Shown: positions 30,576 to 46,572 of the stretch, piece by piece
How the letters are laid out: each line of letters opens with the position of its first letter
Numbering within the stretch: the stretch's first letter is position 1
Assembly (NCBI GenBank): GCA_964016885.1
Contig: OZ024742.1
Coordinates: 78,306,001 to 78,370,000 of the forward strand
Length of the DNA: 64,000 bases
DNA from: Eledone cirrhosa
Taxonomy: Eukaryota
Direction: 5' to 3'
Notes under the pieces: model-generated
The model's database searches: none
What the model saw: only the letters and a program-made list of their open reading frames with translations
Told to the model about the DNA's origin: nothing
Translations under genes and position numbers: made by a program

Positions 30576-31180
30576 CGTAAAATAAGAAAATATTTTTCAA
30601 AAAAATTTTTTAAAAAATTTTTTACTTACTTACTTAAATTTTCACTCCAACTAATTAGTTTCTGCAATGGGATAAAGACAGTTACATAATCCAACTGTCG
30701 AGAATTCATTGCGTCATCAGGGAGTCTATTCTCAGCTGAGCCTCCAGGCAATGCGCGGACACTGGCGGCTCATATAAAAATAATAATAATAATTCGGTAG
30801 AAAGAACAGCTAGGCGAGGACTGGATTCTATGTACTGAAATTCTCACTGCTTCCAGTCAAATGGCCGATTCTAAAGAATCAATCACGTGACATAGAGGCT
30901 GACATAGACTCCCTGATGACGCAATGAATTCTCGACAGTTGGATTATGTAACTGTCTTTATCCCATTGCAGAAACTAATTAGTTGGAGTGAAAATTTAAG
31001 TAAGTAAGTAAAAAATTTTTTTAAAAATTTTTTTGAAAAATATTTTCTTATTTTACGTCTTTTATATTATTGTTCTGCACCCTCCTGCATTGAACCACCT
31101 AGGTACTATGACATAACCTGTGTATTTGCTGGCATGGACGTGCATCTGTGCGCCTATGTTAGTTGATATATTAAATTATC
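30434..31180. mobile_element. Triple-armed fold-back PLE-type element
   Basis: 30566-30729 is the reverse complement of 30904-31066; a third partial arm at 30434-30535 faces it across (TA)n; unique tail 31067-31180. Confidence 0.85.
30908..30989 (+). ncRNA. Type I hammerhead (inverted copy at 30644-30725, minus)
   Basis: actcc-CTGATGA-c-gcaatg...cattgc-a-GAAA-ctaattag-TT-ggagt. Confidence 0.85.
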
Positions 31181-31241
31181 TATATATATATATATATATA
31201 TATAGAAAGATTTGAATGGATACAGTTTAGTTGAAAGGAAT

Positions 31242-31362
31242 TTATTGACACGTGTTTCTATAACAGTTACATAACCTGAAAACAGCTACTATCTACAAAG
31301 TTTTAGTTATGCAGACATTCAATATTTCAATGTTATTATTTACTGTCATTTCATCAGAATAA
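31242..31362 (-). ncRNA. Type I hammerhead with long stem II and GUC site
   Basis: ttatt-CTGATGA-a-atgacagt...actgttat-a-GAAA-cacgtg-TC-aataa; within element ~31205-31700. Confidence 0.8.
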
Positions 31363-31808
31363 TATTACTGAGGACCTATTTGGTTTTTATAGAGAATATT
31401 AGGAGGGAGGGGTGAAGTTGTTAGAAGAATAGTTGAGGGAGTAGTTTTTTGATAGCAGTGAGAATTTTTGGTGGCAGTGAGTAATTAGATTCCCATCTGT
31501 TGTTTTGAAATTTTTACAGAATATATTATTGGTTATTTTTCTAAATCTATAGAAGGATTAGAGATAGTAAAGTTATGCGTGGTTGGTTTTGTGTTTGCAC
31601 TTAATTAACATTCAGACTTAAATATTTCTTTATATAGAGATAGTAAAGATATGCGTGGTTGGTTTTGTGTTTGCACTTAATTAACATTCAGACTTAAATA
31701 TTTCTTTATATATATATACAGTCAAACATACACGGGAATATATATATGTATATATATATAGAGAGAGAGAGAGAGTGAGAGAGAGAGAGAGAGGGGGAGA
31801 GAGTGAGG

Positions 31809-31891
<83 letters not shown>

Positions 31892-32393
31892 GGCAGAGAA
31901 AAGAAATACATAGTATATATATATGGAGATCAAGAAAAGACTGGGGGCCTTGTGTATCAAAAACATATTGCGAAATTAGTAGCAGGTGCAAAATCTACAC
32001 GTCTTCATGACCCCTACGATGTTACAACTGGTCAATCTGGCTTCATTGTGCCTGACAATATAACTCTCCTTGCAAGACGAAGACAAAAATATATTTACGT
32101 AAAAAAAAAAGTTTGGAATTAACTATAAGATATCATACTTTCAATCTTTCAATCTTTCACTCTAGTTCTGGCCGATGGTACCAGGCGACATTTCCCCTCT
32201 AAGCATGTCTGTTTTTTTACGTTTATTTTTACCTCCATAGATCTAACTGATATTCATCGTCATGTATTCTTTTTATACAAAGGTCGTAAGTGTGATTCTA
32301 TAAATATTTGTTCACGAGATGTAATTCCATGTAACTTTTATTTTATTTTCGACTTGCAGAATAATCCAAGAAGAGTGTATGACAACTTTATTG

Positions 32394-32922
<529 letters not shown>

Positions 32923-32925
32923 ATA

Positions 32926-34063
<1,138 letters not shown>

Positions 34064-34078
34064 TATATATATATATAT

Positions 34079-35268
34079 AATGATAAGAAACGAAAGGAGC
34101 TGTCTGGTTACTAAAAACAAGGTTTAGGATGGTGGTTTGGACGGAACAAGAGGATAAAGAAGAAAGAATCCTTCGCCAGCTGTAATCCGCGATCCAGATG
34201 TTTCGGCGCTTATTTACAGGACATTAGTAGCGATCCGCGTTGTGCCCGAGGCCTTTTCTTAATCGAAAGGCCAGGAGGAAAAGAAGAGAAAAGGGAAGGA
34301 AAAAGAAGGAAAACTGGAAGAATAACAAAGGGGGAAAGGTGATGAGGAGAGAGGAAGAAAGAGAAAAAGGAGAAAAAGGAGAAAAAATACAGCTGAACAT
34401 ATCCCATCGTGGGAAGACACAGGACAAAGGAACATGCAAGTGACTAACCGGGGGGAAAATAAGATAAGTAAGTTAAAGCAAACCTGTTAGACATGTCTGG
34501 TAGGATGCGCTAACGAGAGAACGGTGTTAGCGTGTCGACTTCTTAGAAGAGAGAGAGAAAGAGAGACACGGAGCAACCGGAAGTGAGAGGGAGACGGGAA
34601 AGGAAGATAATCCAAAAGGGGTTTTACGACAGTGGTAAAACGTGTTGTAAAAGATCGCGAACGGAGGAGTTTTACGACACGTGTAAACATGTCAACAATC
34701 AAAACCGATCGGATGGATAGAGACAGGGAGAGAGAGAGAACGAGAGAGAGGAGGAGAAGGGGAGAGTCGATTCGAAAGTGTGGTGGGAACACAGATCGAA
34801 CAAAACAGGTAGAGGAGGGTCACAGCGGTAAATACAAAATGATAAGAAACGAAAGGAGCTGTGTGGTTACTATGCATGTTCCTTTGCCCTGTGTCTCCCC
34901 ACGATGGAATCTGTCCACCTGTTTTTCTCCTTTTTCTCCTTTTTCTCCTTTTTCTCCTTTTTCTCCTTTTTCTCCTTTTTCCTCTCTCCTCACCACCTTT
35001 CCCCCTTTGTTCTCCTTCTTTTTCTTCTTTTTCTTCTTTTTCTTCTTTTTCTTCCTTTTCTTCTTTTTCTTCTTTTTCTTCCTTTTCCTTCCCTTTTCTC
35101 TTCTTTTCTTCCTGGCCTTTTGACTTTTGCTTAAGAAAAGACCTCGGGCGCACCGCGGATTGCTACAGATGTCCTGTAAATAAGCGCCGAAACATCTGGA
35201 TCGCGGATTACAGCTGACGAAGAATTCTTTCTTCTTTTCTCCTCTTGTTCCGTCCAATCCACCATCCT
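34079..35268. mobile_element. Non-coding tandem plus inverted element (~759-bp unit), (TA)n-anchored
   Basis: tgataagaaacgaaaggagctgt at 34081 and 34840; 34873-35268 is a diverged reverse complement of 34125-34438; no canonical hammerhead found. Confidence 0.8.
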
Positions 35269-35307
35269 ATATATATTATATATATATGTATGTGTGTGTG
35301 TGTGTGT

Positions 35308-35480
35308 AATAGTAGAACACTGATGGGTTATATCCGTAGTAGTAGAGCACTCAGTCAATAGGAAGAGTTTGGTAGAAGTAGTTCCACAACAATTAGTTCA
35401 CCATACCGAGAACAAATGTTTCACCTTATTCGGATCCTCAGCTCGGTCTAAAAATGCTGAGGATCCGAATAAGGTGAAAT
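35308..35480. mobile_element. Fold-back copy of the 669/806 family with a minimal hammerhead core
   Basis: Tail on minus; perfect hairpin 35419-35479 whose plus arm reads CTGAGGA-tcc-gaataa-ggt-GAAA-tata. Confidence 0.7.
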
Positions 35481-35504
35481 ATATATATACGTATATATAT
35501 ATAT

Positions 35505-36308
35505 AACAAAGAAAGTGTGGTAAGAAACCAGGTGGACCATAACGTACCAGAGTACTCAATACTTAGGTTAGTAGAGTGGGTAATTGGAAAAGCGTCAGGA
35601 CCCCGCCCGCTGAGCTCCGGCCGTTTCAACAGCTAGATCCGAACTAGAGTTTGGATCTAGCGGCCGAAACAGCCGGAGCTCAGCTTGACTCTTTTCATAT
35701 GCAGTCTCTCTCTCCCTCTCTGTTACCCTCTCCTCAACTTTCACTCACTCATTCTCTGTCACTACCTCTCCTCCTCCTCTTTCCTCCTCCTCCTTCAAGT
35801 TTGACCTGTGTGTAATTCTTTTCTCGCGCAGTCTTGACCGAGCTGGTATGGAATTTTTTTCTCTCTCTCTTTCGTCTGTGACTTCACAAAACTTGCGTTT
35901 ACCGATTTCGCAGACCAGACCACCTTATCTTCTTCTTCTTCTTCTTCTTCTTCTTCTTCTTCTTCTTCTTCTTCCTCTTCTCTCCTTTCTCTGTCTCTCT
36001 CTCTCTCTTTTTTCCCCCCGTCAAACTTGGGCGAAATTCTTTCCTTGCTCACATTTCTACCAGGTTCGATGGTCTTTCGTCTCTTGTTCACGATTTCACA
36101 GAGTTTATATTCATAGAGATCTGGGACTTGTCTATTTCTACTCACTTTCCGTTGCTTAAACCCTTTTTGTTGTTACTCTAGCGTCCCCCTTTATTTACGT
36201 GTCCCAACGACTTTTTTTAGCCGTTGTTCGCACCAACCTGAGGCATATGGCCCTTAAAGCGATGAAATGCCGAGGACGGTTCGAGGGTCACTGATGAAGG
36301 ACTCACTT

Positions 36309-36312
<4 letters not shown>
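35505..36312. mobile_element. Fold-back PLE-type element
   Basis: Hairpin gctgagctccggc.gtttc / gaaac.gccggagctcagc at 35609-35684 (HHR 3' half GAAAcggccg); bulged hairpin at 35554-35577; related fragment at 51410-51463. Confidence 0.6.
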
Positions 36313-36359
<47 letters not shown>

Positions 36360-36391
36360 GGCGTGGGTGTGGATACATTAGAAAGTACAAA

Positions 36392-36578
36392 ATAATTGTT
36401 TCTACATTTAGCACAGGGCCAGCAATTATCTCAGTGGATTACTGGTGCTTTATTTTATCAAGCCCGTAAGGGTTGAAGGCAAAGTTAACCTCGGCAGGAT
36501 TTGAACTCAGACTATAAAGGGGCGTAACTCTTTGCTGTAAAGTATGGCGTCAGACCCTCTACCCATACTGCCAATCCA
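36392..36578 (-). mobile_element. tRNA-derived SINE
   Basis: Reverse complement of the 2040-2222 family. Confidence 0.85.
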
Positions 36579-36774
36579 GAAGAAATAATGATGAGGATAT
36601 AGTGATGGTTGCTATACGTGCATTGATCCTATGTTAAATGCCAGTTAATATGCTAATAAGCAAACATCTGGTCATGGTTTATTTAATATAAATGTTCTAG
36701 CTCCACCGCTGCAGAATCAGCGGTGAATTAGTCATTACCAACTTGGAATAAATAGCTTGCATTATATATAAAGG

Positions 36775-36962
36775 ACGGTGGATTAACATTATCAGGAGGA
36801 TCTGACGCCATGCTTTGCAGCATAGAGTTACGTCTCTTTACGGTATGAGTTCAAATCCCGCTACGGTTAACTTTGCCTCACATCCTTACGGGGTCGATAA
36901 AATTAAGTACAAGTAATACACCGAGATAAATGCTGGCCTTGTGCCAAAAGTAGAAACAATTA
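36775..36962 (+). mobile_element. tRNA-derived SINE
   Basis: gagttcaaatccc B box plus the shared core and 3' end. Confidence 0.85.
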
Positions 36963-38798
36963 TATAGTCTAGCTCTCTACTCTGTAAGGTTAATGTTTCC
37001 TTTTTTCCTTTCATCTTTGATAAATGAAGTATCTGTCCAGGGCGGTGGGTTTACGGAATTGATGGCCTCTTGTGATATCTATACCAGCTGCGCAGGCGTT
37101 AGTCATAACGACACGAAATCACAGCAGATGACACGAAAGTCATCAGAAACAACGAGGAAGGTTTTACATGGTAGGTCAACTTGCCGGGGATAGCGATTAG
37201 GTCTCTCTTGTCACCATCTTGGAAATTCTGCTTTTGTTGTTGCTGTTGTTGATGGTGGTGGTAGTGGTGTTAATTATGACGATGATGTTATTGCTGTTAC
37301 TTACAGCCATGTCAACCATGTCAGAGCAAGCATCTTATCTTTAACGTTCTACTCGGAACCAACTTGTCTTTTTAGGAGAATGGAGAACTAAATTTCCTAA
37401 GACAATAATAAGGTACGATTTATGAGAGATTTATCTGACATTTCGAGCAGTCCGAGCAATACATATAGGCTCTCTCCTTCGCTGCAAAGTAATTCGATGA
37501 AAAAAGTGCTTGCTGTGTTTTCCGGGAGGAAAAGTGATGGCCGTATCTGGAATACCTTTAATCATAAATCTACTTGATCAAAGTTGACTTGTAGCTACAA
37601 CAAAAGCAACTAGGCCAACAACAACGACGACGACGACGAAAAGCTATTTAAAGTTCAGTAAAATTGTTACGGGTGGATATATTTCCCTTTCAACGCCGGA
37701 TCTTATGTTATGCTTCCATTTCGTTAGAAAGCTTACTCGCGCCACCAACAATTGAAATATAGAGACACATGATGTTACACTTCCATTTTACTGGAAATCT
37801 TCTCGCGCCACCAACAATTGAAACATAGAGACACATTATATGAATAATATTATCTTATTCAAACCTAAAACATCATTTCTTCATTACTTGAAATTCGCGT
37901 CGAAGTAGTTTGTAGAAGTGCCTTGGGTTATTTACAAATACAGACCACTAACAACAGTTTTAAATCACATTAAATAAAATTAAAATATACAAACCAAAAC
38001 ACAGTAAAACTAAATTAACTAAAATACGATTAAAAGAATTTAAAATAGATTAAAAGAAAGTAAATTGAAATTACAACGAGCATTTTAAATTTAAAATATT
38101 AAATTAAAGTAAAAATAAAATCTTCTGAAAATGCTTAAAGGAAATTGAATCTTTACTGATCATAAACAAAACATGATTGAAATGCTTTACTAAATTTAGA
38201 ACTTCGTTGAAACAGATTAAACTATTCCAGCAGAGGTAACTGAAACAATGCACAGTATTTGAAGGTACCTTTAAATATAGTATAAACGTACTTATACACT
38301 TCTTTTCTCTGTTAGCGAAGATACATCAGCTTCAGCCAGTGATCAGTGAATATGTGTGAACTTGGGCTTAGGAATGTAAGGTAGTGGGTTGGATCCTAAG
38401 GACGGTTGACACGTTGTATCCTTCATCAAGGTATTAACGCTACTGATTTCTCCCTTCAATATTGATGTAATTCTAATTAATAACGCATTTGAAGGGCGGG
38501 CTACTACAAAGGTCGGCTAAGATCATAGCTCGAAAGGTTCAAAGGCTGACCAAGATACTCTCATGGAATGACCAAATGAAGTTTATTTTTCAACATATTC
38601 CCGGAAAAGAAACAATGCAGTTATTATACAACTGACTTACGTCTTTGAAATACGTATAACGAATTAAATAGGGATGTAAGAATAAAATCGTCTTTCTTGT
38701 TTATTATAATAAAACTCCGGATGAATAAACCGAGGAGTGCTTCACATTTGATAAGAAAAACTCGACAGATTTATAATCAACCAACTTTCTTCAATTGA

Positions 38799-38827
<29 letters not shown>

Positions 38828-38851
<24 letters not shown>

Positions 38852-39207
38852 ATATTAATTTAACAAAGAAAATAATAACAACATATTCATATCATTGTTT
38901 TACGATCGTTTCGGAGGATTGATCATATTGACATATTGACTGATCTATAGCTGTTATATAACTGATTTCATATATAAGTTCAATCAGACTGTCTTCTTCG
39001 GAAACGATCATAAAACAATGATATGAATAAGTAGAATAACTTGACTTTGTTGTTTTTATTTTCATTGTTAAATTAATATCTAATATCATAGGATTTAACT
39101 CAGCGGAACACGGGAACTTTCTATGGATTTTACTGGATTACTCGCTATCAGACTACATTGAGTTCTATCAACGGTACGGATCTTACAACGAAGGGTAGAC
39201 CACATTG

Positions 39208-39210
<3 letters not shown>
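38828..39210. mobile_element. Fold-back element with diverged arms and a hammerhead-like motif (38897-39004, minus)
   Basis: Minus: gttt-CCGAAGA-ag...cc-GAAA-cgatcg-TA-aaac. The plus arm repeats gaaacgatc.taaaacaatgatatgaata; the tail has acattgagttc like 50460. Confidence 0.65.
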
Positions 39211-39241
<31 letters not shown>

Positions 39242-39344
39242 AGATGAATAAATTGGGTATAATACCAGTTTCTTACCAAATGTGAAGAAGCCCGATATAT
39301 TAACCCATTAGGAAAGGAGCATATTTTTTTTAATTATATATATA

Positions 39345-39573
39345 CAGTGGCGGTGTAACGTGGGGAGAGACACCCCTCCAATAATTATATTTTTCTTCCC
39401 AAAATACCAAAACACACATATATTTGGATATGCGATAGAATGTATGTACATGCTACGTTTATTGCATATCATTTTTCTGACCATTTTAGTGTGCAAAGAG
39501 CTAAACAATTCACTACAATTAAATTGTCCAAATTTGCCCATCCCTCTAATTCAGAAATGCTTCCACCACCCCT
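39345..39573. mobile_element. Putative MITE
   Basis: Imperfect TIRs cagtggcggtg / caccacccctg. Confidence 0.4.
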
Positions 39574-39741
39574 GTTAGGTCAACAGTCAAATGAAAGAAG
39601 AATGATTTATAGGTTGGTTCCCGGTGGGAATGTGGTTTGTATATATGTAGTATTAATTTCCAACAAATACAATACTTGCTGCTCTGACAAACTTAACCAT
39701 AAATAAGTGTCAGGGTTCGAATCATGAATTATCAGGGTTAA

Positions 39742-39956
39742 CCCTTTAGCATTTAAACCGGCCATATCCGGCCAGAATTCTCTCATCTCTTTCTGTTCAA
39801 ACTGGTTGTACCTGGCTGCTCATACTGATGTTAAGGTAAGGTACTCAAAATAAATAACTTCAAAATCTCGTAGATTCGATATTATGAGGGATAAATATGT
39901 AAGGTTTTACGGTGAAAATATAATAGTAAATATAGAGTAATGTAAATGTTAAAGGG
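39742..39956. mobile_element. piggyBac-type MITE
   Basis: TTAA on both sides; TIRs ccctttagcattta / taaatgttaaaggg. Confidence 0.85.
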
Positions 39957-41039
39957 TTAACTCAAGAATCGCCCCATGATGTGTCATGGCTAAATAATTT
40001 TGCAGTTCGCTTTACAATCAAGATGTGCATGGTTCGGTCGCCCTGCGTAGCACGAAGACGTGTGAATAAAACTTGCTAGACGGAAACAGTGAAAATCCGT
40101 TAGAGGGATTTTAAATCATCAAAAGTTGTCATATAATGTCTCCATTGATTTTGCCAGAGAAATACGTTAAGGATACAGGTGTCTATGGAATCAAGCAATT
40201 ACACGTTAATTCCCTTGTCGGGGGTTAAATCGATCCAACAACTAAATGCACATTGTTGAACCCGGCGGGAAAAACATCATCATAAAAATAATAATAGTGG
40301 AGAGGTTTAGTTAGAAGTAAATGTATCATAAGTTAGACTGTTTTCAGTCATAAAATCCGAACGAAAGAACTGATAGATTACAGCACCTCAAAATTTCCTT
40401 AAGAATTATTCCATAAACCAACACTATTTCTACAATCATTACTATCAATACTAACATTTCCATATTACATTTAATTGATAAGTTCCTAGAAAGTGTTGAC
40501 ATAACTTACAGTGGGCATCATTTAATTATATATATATAACAAAGTGTTATATTTTCTCTATTTCTTGTTACCTTGGAACATATAATCTCACACGCATTGT
40601 CGGGCTTCCGAATAATTATACTTATTTTCTAGTTATATTTGTATTATATATATATGATTTTATTTCACTCTTCCCATGCATTTTATGTAATGTATGGATA
40701 ACATAGAAGACGTTATATTGTATATATATATATAAATAAAGACGTTATATTGTATATATATATATAAATAAAGATGTAGATATTCTCTCTCTCGTAAGCA
40801 GGCATGCATACATTCATACATATATGCATACATACATTTATATATACATATATACATACATACATACGTACGTACATACACACATACATACATACATGCA
40901 TACATACATACAAAAGCACACACGTACCTATATTACACAATTCTATGTGAATGCAGCTGTACAACTGCGTGTGAAAATGTTTGCGTAGTTAAAACCATAC
41001 AAACTCATTTAGACATATGCATGTAATATACACATCTAT

Positions 41040-44000
41040 ATGGGAAAAAGAACACAAAAAATTAAAATAAATAACATACCACCAAACATCAACATTTGGT
41101 GGACCTTAGCAGGGTTCATAGAGCCAGAAAGTGACACAATTCTTTCGGTCAGGAAGTCGACCAGACAAAGGTGGGCAGGGACAAATTTGGAAATTCTGAT
41201 ACAAATGAAACCAGAAAGAATTTCCAAAATCCCCGAAAGATTGCTGGTCGACAACCAAAACTACATTAACATTGTCACTGAAGGAGGAGAGTCACACTGT
41301 TTTCGATGTGCAAGCACATCACACCTAAAAGCCTCCTACCCTTTACAAACAAATTTTTAAAAAAAGTACTTTTACCAACACCAACACCAAAACAATCACC
41401 ACCACCACCACAACAACAACACACAAAACAAGCAAACACACCCAAACAAACAACCACTCAACCACAAAGAACAGAAAAAACACAGACAGCACCCCTGAAG
41501 GACACAGCCCCACCCACCCCACTCAATCCAACACTACCACAAACACACACACCAAAGCACCATCACCACACAACATACCCCTACCCCACACTCCTGATGA
41601 TGATTATTCATCCACAGATGAGGCTGCTTCTCCTTCTTTAAGTGAAGAAGAAGAGCCTCGGAAATCCAAAAGACAAAAAAAGAGACACCACAAAACCTCC
41701 CAAACTCCAATCACCAACACCAACACACAACCACAGACACAAACAACAACACAAACAACATCACAATCAAACCTCCACTTACCAACAAAACAAACACCAA
41801 CACCACCCCAAACACAAAAAAAGAAAACCCACAGACGAACAACAAACTAAAACAAAACAACCAAAACAAAAACAACAATATACATACATCAACACCAACA
41901 ACAAAAATTTGATGGAGGTCATCTTACAGTACCCCAAAGTGGAAACTGAGGGGAAAACTTTTGTAAAAGCAGACTCTCAACCACACCTAAAACTAATAAG
42001 GGTTTCGATAGAAACCTATCAGAAATTGAAAGAACAGTTTTCACAGGACGTTGGCAACCCCTGCCAAAAACCAATAAACCGTGTCCTGTTGAAATGTTTC
42101 TCCATCCCACTCAATACCCCAACCAGAACTGAAATGGAGATTGAACAACCCGATCTCCAGGAAACAAAAAGGTAAGTGCACCTTTTCGTCCTTTTCGCCA
42201 ACTCTTTTCCTCCAACATGGCTGACTTACGAGTTGGAAGCGTGAATGTGCGTGGCCTAGGGATGCCCTGGATACAGGGCCAACTTTTAAACGACCTTAGG
42301 TAACACGGTATAGATGTAATAGCCATCACCAAGTCCAGGAGCCTCAACAGGCAGCAACTGACCCCCATCTTCAATGAATTTGAGATCTACGCATCTCTCT
42401 GTCAGCCGGGAGGTGGAGGGGGAGTGACTGTCATGTTTCGGAAAAACCTGGATCACGAAGTACAGCAAGTACATTTGGACCCGGAGGGTAGATTGGTAGT
42501 CCTAGGCGTGAACTGTATTGGAGGTGGAGCCTTCAGACTGGTGGCCGTTTATGCCCCGACAGGGCAATCACAATCGCGGCCAGACTTCTTTAAGCGTCTA
42601 GAGTATTTTCTTGGAACGTCTCGCTCCTTGCTTTTAGTGGGGGACTGGAATGGTATCCTAGATGCACGATAGGACTATGTGGGAGCATGTCCCAGTAGAG
42701 CGGGATGCAACAGCCTCAAAAATCTAATCGGCCATTTCCAACTGACCGATAGATATCGACTAGTTTCCCGACTGCACCACAGTGGATGTGGGCAAACCGC
42801 AGCGGGACATCTAGATCGTATCTAGATAGGTTTTTCATTAGAGAGAAGGACAAGAAGATGTTAAGCTGACCACAAATGCACATGGTTGTCTATTCAGATC
42901 ACAAACTAGTCGTCTGCATAGTCAACCGTGATAGAATACACAGACAAGGACCCGGATACTGGAAGCTGAACGTGTCGTTGCCGACACGAAAAGCCTACAG
43001 TGAACGGATAAGCAGATTAGTTAAGCAAGAGTTGACGGGAGCCATCGTCAACAATAGATGGTGGTACTCTCTCAAGAGAGCAATTAGAGTAGAATCGATA
43101 GGGTTTAGCAGAGAATTAGCTTTAGAGAAAAACAAATCAGAAACAAAACTAGTAGCCAAGGTAGAAGAGACGCTTAGGAGTGGCAACGCAGCTAGAGTAC
43201 TAGCATCAAGAACGGCACTGGACCAGTTCTTCGAGGCGAAACACGAAGGTTGAGTGTTCAGAAGTAAATCACGTGCCCTAGGAAACGAGGGAGCAAAAGC
43301 TGTTAGCTGGGCCCGAGTGGCGGAAGCGAAAAGTGGCAACAAGTCCACGATTCGGTCTTTGAAAGACCAAAACGGACGCGTGTTACTTGATCCCAGATGT
43401 GCGCGGCCTTTCAGCGGCATTTTGCGCGACTGTTTGAGCAGAACGACGGTGCACCGAACGAGGCAATGGACTTTGGTTCATACCTCGACGGCCTACCGCG
43501 TCTCTCGATCATGGACGCCGAGTTCTGCGAAAGACTGATCATAGCCATTGAGATACGGGACGCTCTGGACCCCTGCGGGAAACGCAAATAACCCGGTCTA
43601 GATGATCTACCCTATTTGTTTTACATAGGCATGCAGGACTTGTTCTCTGGCGTCTTCGAAGCCGTCTACTGCAATTGGCAGCAGAACGGGACAATTCCCA
43701 GTTCTGCAGGCAAGGGCGTAGTAACGCTGATCAGGAAAAACGAGAACAAGGGGGACGAAATAAACAATTTCAGGCCCATAACTCTGCTCAACACAGAGTT
43801 AAAGATTTTGGCCAAGGTGCTAGCAACGAGGCTGGCGCTTGTCGTCGAAAACCTGGTAGGGAAAGCGCAAACGTGTGCAATCCCGACCAGGTCCATACAC
43901 GACAACTTCCACCTCATGCGATACATCATAGAGAGGGTGGGGTGTAAACCCGGCTTCGGTGGGGCTCTGATCAATTTAGATCAGTCTAAGGCATTCGATA

Positions 44001-45848
44001 TGGTCGACCATCGATATTTGGTAGCGGTTCTCAAGGCGGCCGGTTTCGGTCCCATTTTCAGAGGCTGGATCAAGGCGATGCACACCAGCATCTGCTCGAA
44101 GGTCAAGGTGAACGGCTACCTATCGGAGCCGTTCGCAATCACGCGTTCCATTCGACAGGGATTCCCTCTCTCCTCCATTCTGTACGTATTGACTCTAGAG
44201 GCACTACGAAAAGCGGGATTGCGAAAAGCGGCGTCGGCTTATGCCAACGACGTCACGGTAATAGTGTCGAAAACCTCGGAAATCGAGATAATCGGCAACC
44301 TACTACAGGAATACGAAAGGTTCACGGGAGCAAAACTGAACCCGGACAAGTCTGCCGGTTTGCAACTCGGAACGTGGAGAGGCAAACCGATGCCGTCCGA
44401 CAGTGTCGTCGGACGCTGGACGGAAGGACCGGTGAAATTGCTCGGGGTCTGGATCGGTCCAGACCTCCAGGTGGAGAAAAACTGGAAAGAGGTCATTGCC
44501 AAGGTATTTGCACTCACCCAAAAGTGGGCAGAGTGCAAACTGTCTTTGAAAGCTCGGGCGGAGATGGCGAACACAGTCATAGCGTCCGTCATCTACTACC
44601 GCTTGACTGTCGTGCTTTGTCCCCGTGAATACCTCACCAAGATGGAACGCATACTCTTCCAGTTTCTGTGGAACAAGCAGGTTCCACTGGTGAGGAGATC
44701 CGCTGCTGTCAACATCCTTCCAACGGAGGGCTGGGCATACCATGGCTAATGATGCGCAAAAATGCGCTGAGGCTACGGCATCTCCAGATATTCCTCACCG
44801 ACCAACTGGTGTGGGCACCGTTTGTGAGACAGGCCTTCCCACAACTTGTCTCGCTGATGGAGCTGCAGTCCTGGGTCAAGCGAAGACCGAAGAAGATGGG
44901 CACCTGGCACATTGAATGCGCCTAGGCGCTCACAGTCCTCTGTCAAGCGATCAGTGGAGACTCCACTTCGACATTCTATAGAGGGTTAGTACTTTACAAG
45001 TACGACGACGTGCTCGGGAAGACTCTAGGCTTCGAAGACGACGAGCTCACCAGTCTGTTCGGTAGGACTTTCCGCCCGGGACCTATGGACAACTTCCAGA
45101 GGTCCTTGGCCTGGCAGTGCTACCGATGCGCTCTACCCGTTCGAGACAAGATCTACAGGTACGGATGCCCCGGCAGGGATCCTTCCAAGAGGACGTGTCC
45201 AAGATGCGAACAGGTCATTGAAACCGTCTTGCACGCAATCGTACACTGCCCGGGCGTGAGCGACCTGTGGAACTATACAGAACAACTGCTGTCGCGCATG
45301 GGACAAATCCAGTTGACTTCCGACTCCATAGTAAGCATCAAACCGCCAGCCTCTTTCAAAAACGAAAGGGAGCCGGTTTTCCTCTGTACAGTCGCTATGG
45401 AGAAAGAGGTTATATGGTGGACGAGATTGAGAGGACTGAGGACAGATGCCTTTCTCTCCGGACAACAATTGATCCCCTACTTTAAGTATCACTTTAGAAG
45501 GAGAATCAGAGTGGAGAGAGAGGCACTGCACCCCAGTAAATTTACTGAAAGATGGGTGAATGAAGCGAAAATGGCCCGAGTAATTGCGCCTTCTCTGTTA
45601 AATAAGCCTGTAGGTTAAAGAAGAAGGCAAAAGGAAGAAGGGAGCACTTGCACAACACGGTCCTGAAGTTGAGGGTTGTTCTATCGACGGGGTATTAAAC
45701 AACCCACTTGTGGCGCCTCCTCCTATTGGGGATTTCGATTGTAAAATTTGTTTGTTTCAATATTTTTACACGACTGTATGTAAAATCCTCGGCATATGTC
45801 TTTATATTGTCTCCTTTTCTTGTGCGCCCTTGTGGCAAATAAAGAAAT
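41040..45848 (+). mobile_element. L1/Tx1-clade LINE, 5'-truncated in ORF1; complete but disrupted ORF2 (APE-RT-zinc finger)
   Basis: VNVRGLG, VGDWN, SDH (APE); FRPITLLNTELKILAK, LDQSKAFD, RQGFPLS, YAND (RT); CPRC..ETVLHAIVHC; 3' aataaagaaa; many stops and frameshifts. Confidence 0.95.
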
Positions 45849-45871
45849 ATATCTATCTAACTACCTACCTA

Positions 45872-45905
<34 letters not shown>

Positions 45906-46346
45906 CGTGTGTGGGGGGGGGGGTATGCATGTGTATACAAACATATGTATGAACGCGTGCGTGTGTGTGGATTGAAATATCATTTACACTGTCGTGATGG
46001 ATCAAATAAGTTACGTTTGACAGTGACCATATGCAGAGATGTTAACTTAGCGATGTTAACCATTTTATGGATCATATATCACCATGAATATTTATTCAAT
46101 CAATACTCTGATCTGTGTATTTATAAACACGTGCTCTGCGTATTTATGACTATGTATGAATATGTATGTATATTCATATATATCCTTTCGTTGAATATAT
46201 CTGTAGCGAAGAGGCGTTCGTGAAAGAGTAAAAAAGAAATAAATATATATTTGTGCAATTGTATCCCTAAATCACATGCATAATCACACCATTCAATGCA
46301 TCTGTACACACACATATACATATATATAAATACATATATGAGTCGG

Positions 46347-46431
<85 letters not shown>

Positions 46432-46572
46432 CTCTCTCTCTCTTTCTCTCTCTCTCTGTATATATATATATATATTTCCCTCAGCCCCCCCCCCCTTTAT
46501 TTTCTCATTTTGTCCGCGTTCCTTCCTCTCCTCACTCTTTATCATTCTATTTTGCCTTTTATATTTAACTCT

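Noticed and set aside
34632-35257. Overlapping K/E/F-rich ORFs of 118-163 aa
   Set aside because: They arise from purine-rich simple repeats inside a non-coding element.
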